Shown: in pieces, positions 38,042-55,243 of the stretch | How positions within the stretch are numbered: position 1 is the first letter of the stretch | Layout: every line of letters begins with the position of its first letter | Assembly (NCBI GenBank): GCA_963697335.1 | Contig: CAVONQ010000007.1 | Location: forward strand, 128,001-192,000 | DNA from: an uncultured cyanobacterium | GTDB taxonomy: Bacteria > Cyanobacteriota > Cyanobacteriia > PCC-6307 > Cyanobiaceae | Reading direction: 5' to 3' | DNA: 64,000 bases | Program-made: the position numbers and the translations under genes | Notes under the pieces: model-generated | The model's database searches: none | Told to the model about the DNA's origin: nothing | What the model saw: only the letters and a program-made list of their open reading frames with translations

Positions 38042-39811
38042 TCACCCCTGTGGGCCCTGCCCCAGCAGCCCGCGCAACTGGCCCTGAAGCCGGCGCCCCT
38101 GCTGCAGCGCCAGGGTCCCCAGGACCGCCACCGCCAGACCACCCCAACCCCAGAGGGGCAGTTTGAGCAAAAAGCCGCCGATGCCTACCAGGGCACCGAA
38201 CAGCACGGCACAGCTGCTCACCAGCTGGGTGAGCAGCTCCAGCAGCGTCTCCTCGGGTTCGACGCCGGTGCGCTGCCTCCAGCGGCGCCAGCCGGGCCCC
38301 GCCGGCCGCACCTGGCGCACGAAGTGCTCCAGCACCTCCGCAGACTCCGGCGGCGTGGAGAGCATCACCCCAATCCACACCACTCCGGTCACGGCGGTGG
38401 TGACCAGCAACCGTTCGCCGTAGTCGTCGATGCGCAGCAACGGCACCACCGAGGTGCCGAAGCCCACCAGGAACCCTCCCAGCATCGCCGCCAGCTCGGC
38501 GGCGGCATTGACCCGCCACCAGAACCAGCGCAGCACCAGCACCACCCCCGGGCCCGTGCCGATGGCGATCACTAAGCGGAATACCGTGCCGATGTTGTTG
38601 CTGAGCAGGGCCGTGATCACGCCCAGCACCACCAGCAACACCGAGGCCAGCTGGGCGATCAGCAACAGCTCGCGCTCGCTGGCACGGGGTCGCATGAAGC
38701 GCTGGTAGAGGTCGTGGGTGAGGTAGCTGGCCCCCCAGTTCACCGCCGTGCTCACTGTGCTCATGAACGCCGCCACCAGGGACACCACCACCAGCCCGAG
38801 GGCCACAGGGGGCAGCAGCCGCACCGCCAGCAGCGGATAGCTCTGTTCCCAGTCGGTCTGGTCGGGCAGGAGCACCACCGCCGCCAGGGCCACCAGGATC
38901 CAGGGCCAGCTGCGCAGCAGATAGTTCACCACCAGGAACACCCATGCCGCCACCCGGGCTTCCCGTTCGTTGCGGGTGGCCAGCAGCCGCTGGATGAACT
39001 CACCGCCCCCGTCGCTGCGGCGGAAGCTCCACCACTGCAGGGCGATGTAGGCCGTGAAGGTGGGCACGGAAATGCCGGCACCCTCCAGCCAGCGAATCCG
39101 GCCACCCTCCACCTGCCAGGGCACCATCGAGAGCAGCTCCGGGCGATCCAGGGCCCGCAGGCTGGCAAGCATCGCGTCCATGCCGCCGGCGGCGTGCACG
39201 GCCGCCACGGCCACGGCCACGGCACCGGCGAGGGCCAGCACAAGCTGGACCATGTCCGTCACCACCACGGCCCAAAGGCCGCCTGCCGCCGTGTAGATCA
39301 GCACCAGCACCCCCACGATCGCCAGCAGCGTGAGACGGGCCTCAGGAGTGGGGGCCAGGCCGAGGGCCTCACTCACCTTGGCCATGGCCAGGAAGGCGTA
39401 GCCGATGCCGATGCAGTTGATCGGCAGGGCGAACAGGAAGGCCTTGATGCCCCGCAGCCAGGCGGCCGTGGCTCCGCCGTAGCGCAATTCAGTGAAGGCG
39501 GCGTCGGTGAGCACACCACTGCGGCGCCAGAGGGGCGCGAACACCACGGCCATGGCCACGTGCGCCACCCCGAAGCTCCACCACTCCCAGTTGCCGGCCA
39601 GCCCGCGCACCCCCACGAGCCCGGCCACGTAGAGGGGGGTGTCCACCGAGAAGGTGGTGGCGGCCATGGAGGCGCCGGCCAGCCAGCCCTTGAGGCTGCG
39701 TCCGGCCACGAAGTAGTCCGACTGGTCGCGGTTGCGACGGGCCAGCCACAGGCCCAGCAGCAGACTGGCCCCTAAATAGACGATCAGGATCAGCCAGTCG
39801 ATCGTGTGCAA
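38042..39811 (-). CDS. sodium:solute symporter (SSS) family protein
   Basis: DYFVAGR, SMAATTFS.DTPL, GGLWAVVVTD, QRLLA and AAFMST; multi-TM. Probable TTG start at 39811. Confidence 0.92.
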   Translation of the reverse strand: MHTIDWLILIVYLGASLLLGLWLARRNRDQSDYFVAGRSLKGWLAGASMAATTFSVDTPLYVAGLVGVRGLAGNWEWWSFGVAHVAMAVVFAPLWRRSGVLTDAAFTELRYGGATAAWLRGIKAFLFALPINCIGIGYAFLAMAKVSEALGLAPTPEARLTLLAIVGVLVLIYTAAGGLWAVVVTDMVQLVLALAGAVAVAVAAVHAAGGMDAMLASLRALDRPELLSMVPWQVEGGRIRWLEGAGISVPTFTAYIALQWWSFRRSDGGGEFIQRLLATRNEREARVAAWVFLVVNYLLRSWPWILVALAAVVLLPDQTDWEQSYPLLAVRLLPPVALGLVVVSLVAAFMSTVSTAVNWGASYLTHDLYQRFMRPRASERELLLIAQLASVLLVVLGVITALLSNNIGTVFRLVIAIGTGPGVVLVLRWFWWRVNAAAELAAMLGGFLVGFGTSVVPLLRIDDYGERLLVTTAVTGVVWIGVMLSTPPESAEVLEHFVRQVRPAGPGWRRWRQRTGVEPEETLLELLTQLVSSCAVLFGALVGIGGFLLKLPLWGWGGLAVAVLGTLALQQGRRLQGQLRGLLGQGPQG

Positions 39812-39875
39812 GGCGAGCGGCGCTGGTGGGCGCAGTATGAAGGCGTGATCTCTGCCGGCCGCTGCGACCTGCCCG

Positions 39876-41387
39876 ATGCTGAACAGCTTCTTTGCCGACT
39901 CCCTCGACCAGGACACCGTGCGCAGGCGGATCCTGGACCTGGAGAACGGGCGAGTGGGGTTCTACAGCATCGGGCTCTACCCGGCATCGCTGGCCTACAA
40001 CAGCGCCATGCACGGCGGCGGCGACCGCCTTTTGCTGGCTCCCCGGCCGGGCCGCTCCCTGTTCGGGGCCTTCACCCCGCGGGACCTCTCCGGCATGGAT
40101 CCCCTCCATGTGGCGACCATGGAGAAAATGCTCGTGCACGAGCAGGATGGCGAGGTGCGACCGAACAGCCTGCGCACCTTGATCGAGCTCTGTGATCTGG
40201 TGGTGCTCACCGCCAACAGCAACCACATCGAGCAGGACTTACACGAGGCTTGTGAGCTGCGGCGGGAACTCGGGCGCGAGCAGGTGGTGATGGCCTGCCT
40301 GGCTGGATCGTTCAGCCACGACCCGCTCCGCAACGATTCCTATGTGCTGTGTGAACGGCAGCCCAACCTGGCCTTCTTCTCAGGCTTCCACAGGCACGGC
40401 GCCCTGCGCGATCCCGTGGACAGCTTCACAGCCAATTTCTGCCATCCCAACGGCATCACCGCGATGATCGGCGCAAGGCTGATGGATCGGCTCTCTCCAA
40501 ACATCCAGGTGTCACCTGGGGTCCACAACGTAGAGGCCCAGTACATCAAAGCCGCCAAGAATATCTCCTCAATCTTCGCTGGTTTCGGCTACTCCTTCCA
40601 CGCCGAGAATACCGGTATTTTGCCCACCTTGCTCACCCTGTTGCTCGACCAGTGCCTGGATCAGGCCTCGGCCGTTTCGATGCGGCGCCGCGACCGGCAG
40701 CGCCTCTACGGCCGGCAGCCCTTTCCGCTCACCGAGCTGGGTTACGGGGTGCAGCGGATCGAGGCCACCCTCAGCCGGGGGGGCGAAATGGAGAAGGTGC
40801 GCGATCACACTTTCACCCAGCTCACGGCGATGGTGGCGGACGTGCGTGGCAGCATGATGCTGCCTGTATGCGGCAAACCCACCCGTAACTTTCAGGCCGG
40901 GCAGATCCTGGCCGAGGGCATGCGCAAACTCAGCCGCTGCCCCGTGGATGTGGATGAATTCGAGCAATGGTGCGAGCAATCGGGCGTCAAGAAAGGCGGG
41001 CTCGAGGGCCTGAAGGCGTTGCGCTATTGGCCCCAGATTCTGTTGAACTACGGCATTCAGGTGCACGATGCTTCGATGGTGAACCTGCTCTACATGGCGA
41101 TCTTCGGTAAGAGCGACACCAAGGCCATTGCCTTTCGAGTCATGACCGAAAGCCGGGAACTCTCCAACTACTGCCAGGAATCCGTGCGCCCTTCCCACAG
41201 TCGGCGCTACTCGGAGGCACTGCAGAGCCTGGAGCGTCCCGAGAGCCTTGATCTGCTCGCCAACGCCGTCGTGGCCGACAACGCCCGGCGGGCCATCCCC
41301 GACGACAGCAACACCGACGAGGGCAGTTCCAGCGAAGAGACACCGGCCTATCTCCGCGCCATGAATGTAATTGAAAACGTGTGGTAA
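39876..41387 (+). CDS. uncharacterised protein with remote glycerol-3-phosphate dehydrogenase (GpsA)-like motifs
   Basis: 503-aa ORF with strong coding bias; AAKNISSIFAG, TRNFQAG and EG motifs (see findings). Confidence 0.75.
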   Translation: MLNSFFADSLDQDTVRRRILDLENGRVGFYSIGLYPASLAYNSAMHGGGDRLLLAPRPGRSLFGAFTPRDLSGMDPLHVATMEKMLVHEQDGEVRPNSLRTLIELCDLVVLTANSNHIEQDLHEACELRRELGREQVVMACLAGSFSHDPLRNDSYVLCERQPNLAFFSGFHRHGALRDPVDSFTANFCHPNGITAMIGARLMDRLSPNIQVSPGVHNVEAQYIKAAKNISSIFAGFGYSFHAENTGILPTLLTLLLDQCLDQASAVSMRRRDRQRLYGRQPFPLTELGYGVQRIEATLSRGGEMEKVRDHTFTQLTAMVADVRGSMMLPVCGKPTRNFQAGQILAEGMRKLSRCPVDVDEFEQWCEQSGVKKGGLEGLKALRYWPQILLNYGIQVHDASMVNLLYMAIFGKSDTKAIAFRVMTESRELSNYCQESVRPSHSRRYSEALQSLERPESLDLLANAVVADNARRAIPDDSNTDEGSSSEETPAYLRAMNVIENVW

Positions 41388-41419
41388 CGCTGAGCGAAAG
41401 CCGCAAGGAGCGGTCCTGA

Positions 41420-42661
41420 TCAAAGCTGGCGGATGACGAGGGCCATCATCTGCCGCAGGGCGCGCAATAGCCCCAGGGCTTGGTCTCGCTGATGCCGCAG
41501 CTGCCTGATCAGCTGCCGCTTGCGATCGAGTTTCGCCTGGAGGGCTGCATTGCGCTCCCGTCGGGAAGCGAGCCGCTCTTGGGTGTGCTCGTGCTGCTGG
41601 GCCAGGGCGCAGTGCAGCCCTTCCAGGAGTTCCCGTTCCTGTTGCAGCCGGGAATGCGCAGCCCTGAGCTCGCTGAGCTCCAGGGTCTGCCTCCTGACGC
41701 TTGACCTGGAGGCCTCAAGTTCGAGCTCGCGTTGCCTGCAATCGGCGCGCAGGGCGCGCAGCTGATCCGTACCCGAACGCCAGCCCGGAATCGCCCCAGG
41801 GCAGGCCAGCACCCGCGCCACCAGTGGGCCGAGCAGGGCCTGGGCCGCCCCAGGGGTGAGGTCGTCTGCGAGCATCTGCGACTGCAGCCCTTGCCAGGTC
41901 TCCACGGCTGCTTCAGCCAGTGCCCCAGGCGGCAGGGTCAGTTGGGTCTGGCGCGCAGCCCGCTGACGCACCTCTCCAGCCGCATAGGACTGGCTGATCA
42001 CCTGCCCTACCAGGGCAGGAGAAAGCCGTTCCAACTGAGCCGGCTGCAGCCATCCCTCCCAGAGCCCGGCCAGCGCGCTGCTGAGCCGCTGCAGAGGCCA
42101 GGTGTCCGCAGAGGCAAAACTCTCGAATAGGAGGCACAGCTGAGGGGACCCGCTCTCCCGGCCCAGCAGGGCCAGGTTGTAAGCGGCCCAGATCGCCAGG
42201 CCTCGGTCGGGGGGGATGCCATCCCTGGCCTGCAGAGAGGCGGCTACCTCAATGGGGTGCCGGACGATGGCGATCAGGGGAACCTGGCGCAGCAAGATAT
42301 GGCGGTAGGCCTCGCTGGTGAGGCAGAGGCGCGGATCCTTATCGATCCAGAAGTGATCGCCGGTGTGAACCGGCAGATCGGTACGCAGCCCGGCCAGAAA
42401 GGCGCGGCTCTCGGCCACAGCGAAGTCAGGCTGACCCAACCAGGGGGAATCCCAAGAGCATTCAAAAAATGCAAGAATACGTTCGTTAACCTTCATCAGA
42501 GAACGGGATTCGAAGTAACCCTTGGAGTTCTCAAACGTCGCAGGCAGAGCAGCAGAGCCGTCAAACAGCGGATTGGCAAGGCCTAGCTGATTGGCAACCT
42601 CATGCAGAAGGCCAGACAGGAAAGATGTGCCCGAGCGGTGACAACCAGCAACAAACAGCAA
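41420..42661 (-). CDS. sulfotransferase-family protein with C-terminal coiled coil
   Basis: FVAGCHRSGTS, NSKGYFE, KDPRLCL and RHPIEVAASL..RD; heptad-rich C-terminus. Confidence 0.82.
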   Translation of the reverse strand: MLFVAGCHRSGTSFLSGLLHEVANQLGLANPLFDGSAALPATFENSKGYFESRSLMKVNERILAFFECSWDSPWLGQPDFAVAESRAFLAGLRTDLPVHTGDHFWIDKDPRLCLTSEAYRHILLRQVPLIAIVRHPIEVAASLQARDGIPPDRGLAIWAAYNLALLGRESGSPQLCLLFESFASADTWPLQRLSSALAGLWEGWLQPAQLERLSPALVGQVISQSYAAGEVRQRAARQTQLTLPPGALAEAAVETWQGLQSQMLADDLTPGAAQALLGPLVARVLACPGAIPGWRSGTDQLRALRADCRQRELELEASRSSVRRQTLELSELRAAHSRLQQERELLEGLHCALAQQHEHTQERLASRRERNAALQAKLDRKRQLIRQLRHQRDQALGLLRALRQMMALVIRQL

Positions 42662-42789
42662 GACAACCGCCTAACCAACCAATCCCGACTTTACAGCCAA
42701 TGAAGACAGCCAACGAGCGCAGACAACAGCGGAATCGTGGCGCACCTCTGGCTGCATGGGATCAAGCCCAGGAGCCCGGGGCGCCAGAT

Positions 42790-43881
42790 TCAGGCCTGGG
42801 CCGTGGTGCCGGGCGACAGGCGGCGCCGCAACTGACCGCAGGCCGCATCGGCATCCAGTCCCCGACTGGCCCTCACACTCACCGCCCCATGGCGGGCCTC
42901 GAGGATGCGGCGGAAGACCTCCACCGCTGCCGGGGCAGGGCGCTGAAACGCCTCTTCCTCAATGGGGTTATAGGGAATCAGGTTCACATGGCTCTGGAAG
43001 CCCCGGATCAGCCGTGCCAGGGCCTCGGCGTGGTGGGGCTGGTCGTTGAGCCCACCCAGCAGGATGTATTCGAAGCTCACCCGTCGGCCTGTGATCACCA
43101 CATAGCGGCGGCAGTCGTCGAGCAGTGCCTCGATCGGATAGGCATGGGCCGTGGGGATCAGCTCCTCCCTCAGCCGCTGATCCGGGGCGTGCAGGCTCAC
43201 GGCCAGGGTGAACTGGGCGCGGCCCAGCTCGGCCAGGGCCCGCTCCGCCAGGGTGGGCAGGGTGCGAGGCACACCTACCGTGCTGACGGTGATCTGGCGC
43301 TGGGCCATGCCGAGATCAGCGCAGAGGCAGCGGATGGCAGCCAGCACCGCCTCGATGTTGAGCAGCGGCTCACCCATCCCCATGAACACCACGTGGCTGG
43401 GACGCTCATCCATGGCCTCGCGCACGGCCAGAACCTGGTCCACGATTTCGTGCACCTCCAGGGAGCGCTGCAGGCCCCCCTTGCCGGTGGCGCAGAAGCG
43501 GCAGGCCATGGAACAGCCCACCTGGCTGCTGACGCAGGCCGTGAGGCGGCCCTTGGCCGGGATGCCCACGGTTTCGAGGCTGAGGCCATCGGCCGTGGCC
43601 AGCAACAGCTTGGTGGTGCCATCGCGGGCGATGCTGCGATGCAACTCCTGGGAGCGGCCGATCCAGTCGGCGGATCCGGCCGGAGGCGAGCTCAGCAGGC
43701 GCTCGCGCCAGGCCTTGGGCAGCACCGTGACGCCATCGATGCTGCGGGCCCCCTTCGCATAGATCCAGTCATGGAGCTGACGGCCGCGGAATGGCTTCTC
43801 ACCCTGTTGCTCCGCCCAGGCTTCCAGCTCGCTCAGGCTGCGGCCCAGCAGATGGGCAGAGGAGGTGGGGCGGGCCGTCAT
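42790..43881 (-). CDS. rlmN: 23S rRNA m2A2503 radical-SAM methyltransferase
   Basis: [30 protein letters not shown] and AACGQL. Confidence 0.96.
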   Translation of the reverse strand: MTARPTSSAHLLGRSLSELEAWAEQQGEKPFRGRQLHDWIYAKGARSIDGVTVLPKAWRERLLSSPPAGSADWIGRSQELHRSIARDGTTKLLLATADGLSLETVGIPAKGRLTACVSSQVGCSMACRFCATGKGGLQRSLEVHEIVDQVLAVREAMDERPSHVVFMGMGEPLLNIEAVLAAIRCLCADLGMAQRQITVSTVGVPRTLPTLAERALAELGRAQFTLAVSLHAPDQRLREELIPTAHAYPIEALLDDCRRYVVITGRRVSFEYILLGGLNDQPHHAEALARLIRGFQSHVNLIPYNPIEEEAFQRPAPAAVEVFRRILEARHGAVSVRASRGLDADAACGQLRRRLSPGTTAQA

Positions 43882-43888
43882 CAGGTGG

Positions 43889-48336
<4,448 letters not shown>

Positions 48337-48348
48337 TCAGAAGCCTGT

Positions 48349-50253
<1,905 letters not shown>

Positions 50254-50380
50254 GGGGGGTGACTAACGCGCGGAGATCGAAAGGGGTGGCTTCAACGGGG
50301 AGGTATCGACTGTGAAGCAGCGACACGAAGGGCAGGCCTGAGAGGACGGCAGGCCGTACCTCCCAGGAGCACCGGGTCGA

Positions 50381-53300
50381 TCAGTCGTCGTCGTAATCCG
50401 CGACGCCGAGGGACTCGTAGGTGGGCCGGCTTGGCGTGCTGCGGCGGGGGTTGACGTCCTGCATCAGATCCACCTCTTCGCCAGCATCGGTGTACACCGC
50501 GATGTCGAGGCCCAGGGACTGCAGCTCGCGCATCAGCACCTTGAACGACTCCGGGGTGCCGGGGCGGGGGATCGGCTTGCCCTTGACGATGGCGTTGAGG
50601 GCCTCGTTGCGGCCCTGCATGTCGTCGGACTTGACGGTGAGCAGCTCCTGCAGCGTGTAGGCCGCGCCATAGGCCTCCAGGGCCCAGACTTCCATCTCGC
50701 CGAGGCGCTGACCGCCCTGCTGGGCCTTGCCGCCCAGGGGCTGCTGGGTGACCAGGGAGTAGGGACCGGTGGAGCGGGCGTGGATCTTGTCGTCCACCAG
50801 GTGCACCAGCTTGAGGATGTGGGCATAGCCCACGGTCACCGGCTGGTCGAAAGCCTCACCGCTGCGGCCGTCGATCAGTTGGATCTTGCCGGGGTTCTCC
50901 GGGTCATAGACCCAGTCCTTGCCGGGCTGGCTGGCGGCTTCCTCCAGGAAGGCCTGCACGGTCTGCTTCGATTTCTCGGCGCCGTGCATCTCATCGAAGG
51001 GCACCACCTTGACGCGGCAGTCCAGGTGGGCGGAAGCCCAGCCCATCAGGCACTCGAACACCTGGCCCACGTTCATCCGGCTGGGCACGCCCAGGGGGTT
51101 GAGCACGATGTCGATGGGTGTGCCGTCGGGGAGATAGGGCATGTCCTCGCGGGGGAGGATGCGGCTGATGATGCCCTTGTTGCCGTGGCGGCCGGCCATC
51201 TTGTCGCCCACCTGAATCTTCAGGCGCTTGGCCACATACACCCGCACCACCATGTTGGCCCCCGGTGGCAGTTCGTCACCCTGTTCGCGGGTGTAGATGC
51301 GCACATCCACCACGCGGCCACGCTCGGTGCTGGGCACCCGCAGGGAGTTGTCACGCACATCGCGAGCCTTCTCACCGAAGATGGCGCGCAGGAGCTTTTC
51401 CTCAGGCGGCTGATCGGATTCTCCCTTGGGAGTCACCTTGCCCACCAGGATGTCGCCGCTTTCGACGAAGGCACCCACACGGATGATGCCCATCTCATCG
51501 AGATTGCCCAGGCTTTCTTCAGCCACATTGGGGATCTCTCGGGTGATCTCCTCCGGGCCGAGCTTGGTCTGGCGGGCCTCAATCTCATACTTCTCGATGT
51601 GCACCGAGGTGTAGAGATCGTCGGTGACGAGCCGCTCGCTCACGAGGATGGCGTCCTCGTAGTTGTATCCCTCCCAGGGCATGTAGGCGATCAGCACGTT
51701 CTGACCCAGGGCGATTTCACCACCCTCACAGGCCGATCCATTGGCCAGCACCTGGCCTGCGATCACCGGATCTCCCTGGCGCACGATCGGGCGCTGGTTG
51801 AGGCAGGTGTCCTGGTTGGAGCGCTGGTACTTCTGCAGGTAGTGGGTGTGGTCCACGCCGTCTTGATCGCGGATCACGATGGCCGTGGCATCCACATAGG
51901 TGACCGTGCCATTGACCCGGGTGATCGGCACCATGCCGGAGTCGCGGGCGACCTGGGTCTCCAGGCCCGTGCCCACCAGGGGGCGCTCCGGACGCAGTAA
52001 CGGCACGGCCTGACGCTGCATGTTCGAACCCATCAGGGCGCGGTTGGCGTCGTCGTGCTCCAGGAAGGGAATCAGGGAGGTGGCCACGGAGATCACCTGC
52101 ACCGGCGAGAGCTGCACGTAATCCACCTGCTCGGGTGGCACCTTTTCAAAATCCTGGCGGTAGCGCACGGGCACCAGGTCAGCCGTGATGCGGCTGTCGG
52201 AGTCGGTCGGCACGTCGCCGGGGGCGACGCGGCACTCGTCCTCCAGATCAGCGGAGAGGTAGATGGGATTACCTTGCTTGATCACAATCCCCTCCTCCAC
52301 CTTCCAGAAGGGGGTTTCAATGAAGCCGTATTCGTTCACCCGGGCATGGGTGGCGAGCGAACCGATCAGGCCGGCGTTGGGGCCCTCCGGGGTTTCGATC
52401 GGGCAGATGCGGCCGTAGTGGGAGGGGTGGATGTCGCGCACGGCGAAACCGGCCCGCTCCCGGGTGAGGCCGCCTGGACCGAGCGCGCTGATGCGGCGCT
52501 TATGGGTGAGCTCAGCCAGGGGGTTGGTCTGATCCATGAACTGGCTCAGCTGGCTGGAGCCGAAGAACTCCTTGATCGCCGCCACCAGGGGCTTGGGGTT
52601 CACCAACTGGGCCGGGGTGAGGGACTCGGTCTCACCGACGGTCATCCGTTCCCTGATGATTCGCTCAAGCCGGTTGAGGCCCACGCGCACCTGGTTCTGC
52701 AGCAACTCGCCCACGGAGCGCACACGACGATTGCCCAGGTGATCGATGTCGTCGATCTCATAGCCGGGCTGGCCCAACTGCAGGCCGATCAGGTAATCGA
52801 GGGTGGCGAGCAACTCCTCCTTGGTGAGCACCCGCGTCTCATCCGGCACGGTGAGCCGCAGTTTCTTGTTGATCTTGTAGCGGCCAACCCGGCCGAGGTC
52901 GTAACGCTTGGCGTCGAAGAAGCGGGAATCCAGCAGGCTCTGGCCGCCGCTCACGGAGGGCGGTTCACCCGGACGCAGCTTCTTGTAGAGCTCCAGCAGA
53001 GCCTGGTCCTGGGAGGTGATTCCATCCACGCTGGTGGCGGATTCAATCGTCTTCGAGTAGTACTCGGGGTGGCGCAGCTTATCGAGTACGTCCACATCCG
53101 ACAGGCCCATGGCCCGCATCAGAACGTGGGCATTGATCTTGCGGGTCTTATCCACCCGCACGTGCATCAGCTCGTGCTTATCGGTTTCAAACTTCAGCCA
53201 TGCTCCCCGGTTGGGAATCACACTGGCGTTGTAGGTCTTGCGTCCGGTCTTGGGGTCTGGCTCTTCTTTGAAATAGACGCCGGGAGAGCGAACGATCTGA

Positions 53301-53677
53301 TTCACGATCACACGCTCAGCACCATTGATGATGAAGGTGCCGCGCTCGGTCATCAGCGGCAGTTCACCGATGAAAACCTCCTGCTCCTTGATCTCACCGG
53401 TCTCTTTGTTGACCAGCCGGCAGGTGACATACATCTGCGAAGCGAAGGTGGCATCGCGCCGCTTGGCTTCTTCCACGTCATGGCGGGGACGCTTCAGCCG
53501 GTATTCACTGCCAATGAAGTGCAGCTCAAGTTTGCCCGTGTAGTCGGTGATTGGCGAAAAGCTCTCAAGCTCTTCGATCAGGCCCTTCTCCAGGAACCAT
53601 TTGAAGCTCGCCCGCTGTACCTCCACGAGATCGGGCAGGTAAGTGACGGTCTTGGCGACCTGGATCGCGCTGCTCAT
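50381..53677 (-). CDS. rpoB: RNA polymerase beta subunit
   Basis: [25 protein letters not shown] and [18 protein letters not shown]. Confidence 0.99.
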   Translation of the reverse strand: MSSAIQVAKTVTYLPDLVEVQRASFKWFLEKGLIEELESFSPITDYTGKLELHFIGSEYRLKRPRHDVEEAKRRDATFASQMYVTCRLVNKETGEIKEQEVFIGELPLMTERGTFIINGAERVIVNQIVRSPGVYFKEEPDPKTGRKTYNASVIPNRGAWLKFETDKHELMHVRVDKTRKINAHVLMRAMGLSDVDVLDKLRHPEYYSKTIESATSVDGITSQDQALLELYKKLRPGEPPSVSGGQSLLDSRFFDAKRYDLGRVGRYKINKKLRLTVPDETRVLTKEELLATLDYLIGLQLGQPGYEIDDIDHLGNRRVRSVGELLQNQVRVGLNRLERIIRERMTVGETESLTPAQLVNPKPLVAAIKEFFGSSQLSQFMDQTNPLAELTHKRRISALGPGGLTRERAGFAVRDIHPSHYGRICPIETPEGPNAGLIGSLATHARVNEYGFIETPFWKVEEGIVIKQGNPIYLSADLEDECRVAPGDVPTDSDSRITADLVPVRYRQDFEKVPPEQVDYVQLSPVQVISVATSLIPFLEHDDANRALMGSNMQRQAVPLLRPERPLVGTGLETQVARDSGMVPITRVNGTVTYVDATAIVIRDQDGVDHTHYLQKYQRSNQDTCLNQRPIVRQGDPVIAGQVLANGSACEGGEIALGQNVLIAYMPWEGYNYEDAILVSERLVTDDLYTSVHIEKYEIEARQTKLGPEEITREIPNVAEESLGNLDEMGIIRVGAFVESGDILVGKVTPKGESDQPPEEKLLRAIFGEKARDVRDNSLRVPSTERGRVVDVRIYTREQGDELPPGANMVVRVYVAKRLKIQVGDKMAGRHGNKGIISRILPREDMPYLPDGTPIDIVLNPLGVPSRMNVGQVFECLMGWASAHLDCRVKVVPFDEMHGAEKSKQTVQAFLEEAASQPGKDWVYDPENPGKIQLIDGRSGEAFDQPVTVGYAHILKLVHLVDDKIHARSTGPYSLVTQQPLGGKAQQGGQRLGEMEVWALEAYGAAYTLQELLTVKSDDMQGRNEALNAIVKGKPIPRPGTPESFKVLMRELQSLGLDIAVYTDAGEEVDLMQDVNPRRSTPSRPTYESLGVADYDDD

Positions 53678-53760
53678 GCGGTGAACCTGCAGGATCGGAC
53701 ATTGAAGCGGTGGCCTGTCGGTCCATCAGCCGGCTGATCGCTCGCGGCCGCCCACGCGAA

Positions 53761-53787
53761 CAGCCGCTCCCCAGAGGGGAACGGCTG
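53761..53787 (-). promoter_or_regulatory. 12-bp hairpin in the tatD-rpoB intergenic region / rpoB leader
   Basis: Minus strand CAGCCGTTCCCC-TCT-GGGGAGCGGCTG pairs fully with one G-U. Confidence 0.45.
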
Positions 53788-53872
53788 CCCAGGGGGAGGC
53801 ATCTAACGAGATCGCATCAAGGCTGCAGACGTCGACAACAAGGAGCGCTTTCGCATCCAGGCCAATGAACAA

Positions 53873-54721
53873 TCATACACTGTCACCAGGAAGCCCAAAC
53901 AGCGTCCTGGCATTGGCCGTGCTGGTGCGGGCCACGGCTTCCAGGCTCTCCCCCCGCAGCACCGCCACCCGCTCCGCCACGGCGGCCACATAGGCCGGTT
54001 CATTGCGCTTGCCCCGGCGCGGCACCGGAGCCAGGAAGGGACAGTCGGTTTCCACCAGGTAGCGATCGGCTGGCACGGCCCGGGCACAGGCGTGGGTGGC
54101 CTCGGCCTTCGCAAAGGTGACCACCCCGCTGAAGCTGATGTAAAACCCGAGCTCGAGGAACGCCTCCATCTCCTCGGGAGTGCCCCCCCAGCAGTGCATC
54201 ACCCCCCGGGGGCACAGGCCCTCGCCACGGCGCAGGCGCAACTCGGCGAGCATCGGCTCGGCGGCATCGCGGCAGTGCACGATCACCGGCAGATCCAGCC
54301 GGCAGGCCAGGTCGAGCTGGGGCCGCAGCACGGCCAATTGGGCCTCGAGGTTCTGCTCCCGGAACAGGTCCAGGCCCAGTTCGCCGATGGCCACAACCCT
54401 GGGGTCAGCCAGGGCGGCCTGCTCCAGAACAGCCGCGGTGTCGCTGCTCCAGTGCTCGGTATCGAGGGGATGGACCCCCACCGAGTAACGCAACTCCGGA
54501 AGGCGATCGGCGAGGGCCCTAATCGCCGGGATTTCGGCGGGCTCCACGCAGGCATGCACCAGAGACACCACTCCGGCCTGTCGCCAGCGCGCGATCACGT
54601 CATCGAGATCGTCGTCAAACTGGCGAAAGACAATGTGGCAGTGGGAATCCACCAGCCCGCCGTGGAAGAGGGGCTCGGCTGGATGGGCAGCCTCGCTCTG
54701 GGCGGCAGACGTCGGCGTCAT
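53873..54721 (-). CDS. tatD: TatD-family hydrolase
   Basis: DSHCH, GVHP, AIGELGLD, HCR, ETDCPFLAP and NEPA. Confidence 0.93.
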   Translation of the reverse strand: MTPTSAAQSEAAHPAEPLFHGGLVDSHCHIVFRQFDDDLDDVIARWRQAGVVSLVHACVEPAEIPAIRALADRLPELRYSVGVHPLDTEHWSSDTAAVLEQAALADPRVVAIGELGLDLFREQNLEAQLAVLRPQLDLACRLDLPVIVHCRDAAEPMLAELRLRRGEGLCPRGVMHCWGGTPEEMEAFLELGFYISFSGVVTFAKAEATHACARAVPADRYLVETDCPFLAPVPRRGKRNEPAYVAAVAERVAVLRGESLEAVARTSTANARTLFGLPGDSV

Positions 54722-54817
54722 GGGAATGGGGCGTCAGGGCCGTGGCCATGCTGGCTCAGCACCAGCCAGGCTGGTGACCTAGGACGACACCTGCCGGATC
54801 CCCGCCCGACCGAGGCC

Positions 54818-55141
<324 letters not shown>

Positions 55142-55243
55142 TCAGCGATCGATGATCTTACCTCGGTGCCTTCCAGCCTCCCCGCCGCGGCCCCTGGGCC
55201 GGGGAGGCCTGCTGTGGCCCTCTAGGTTGAGCACCTGCCTCGC

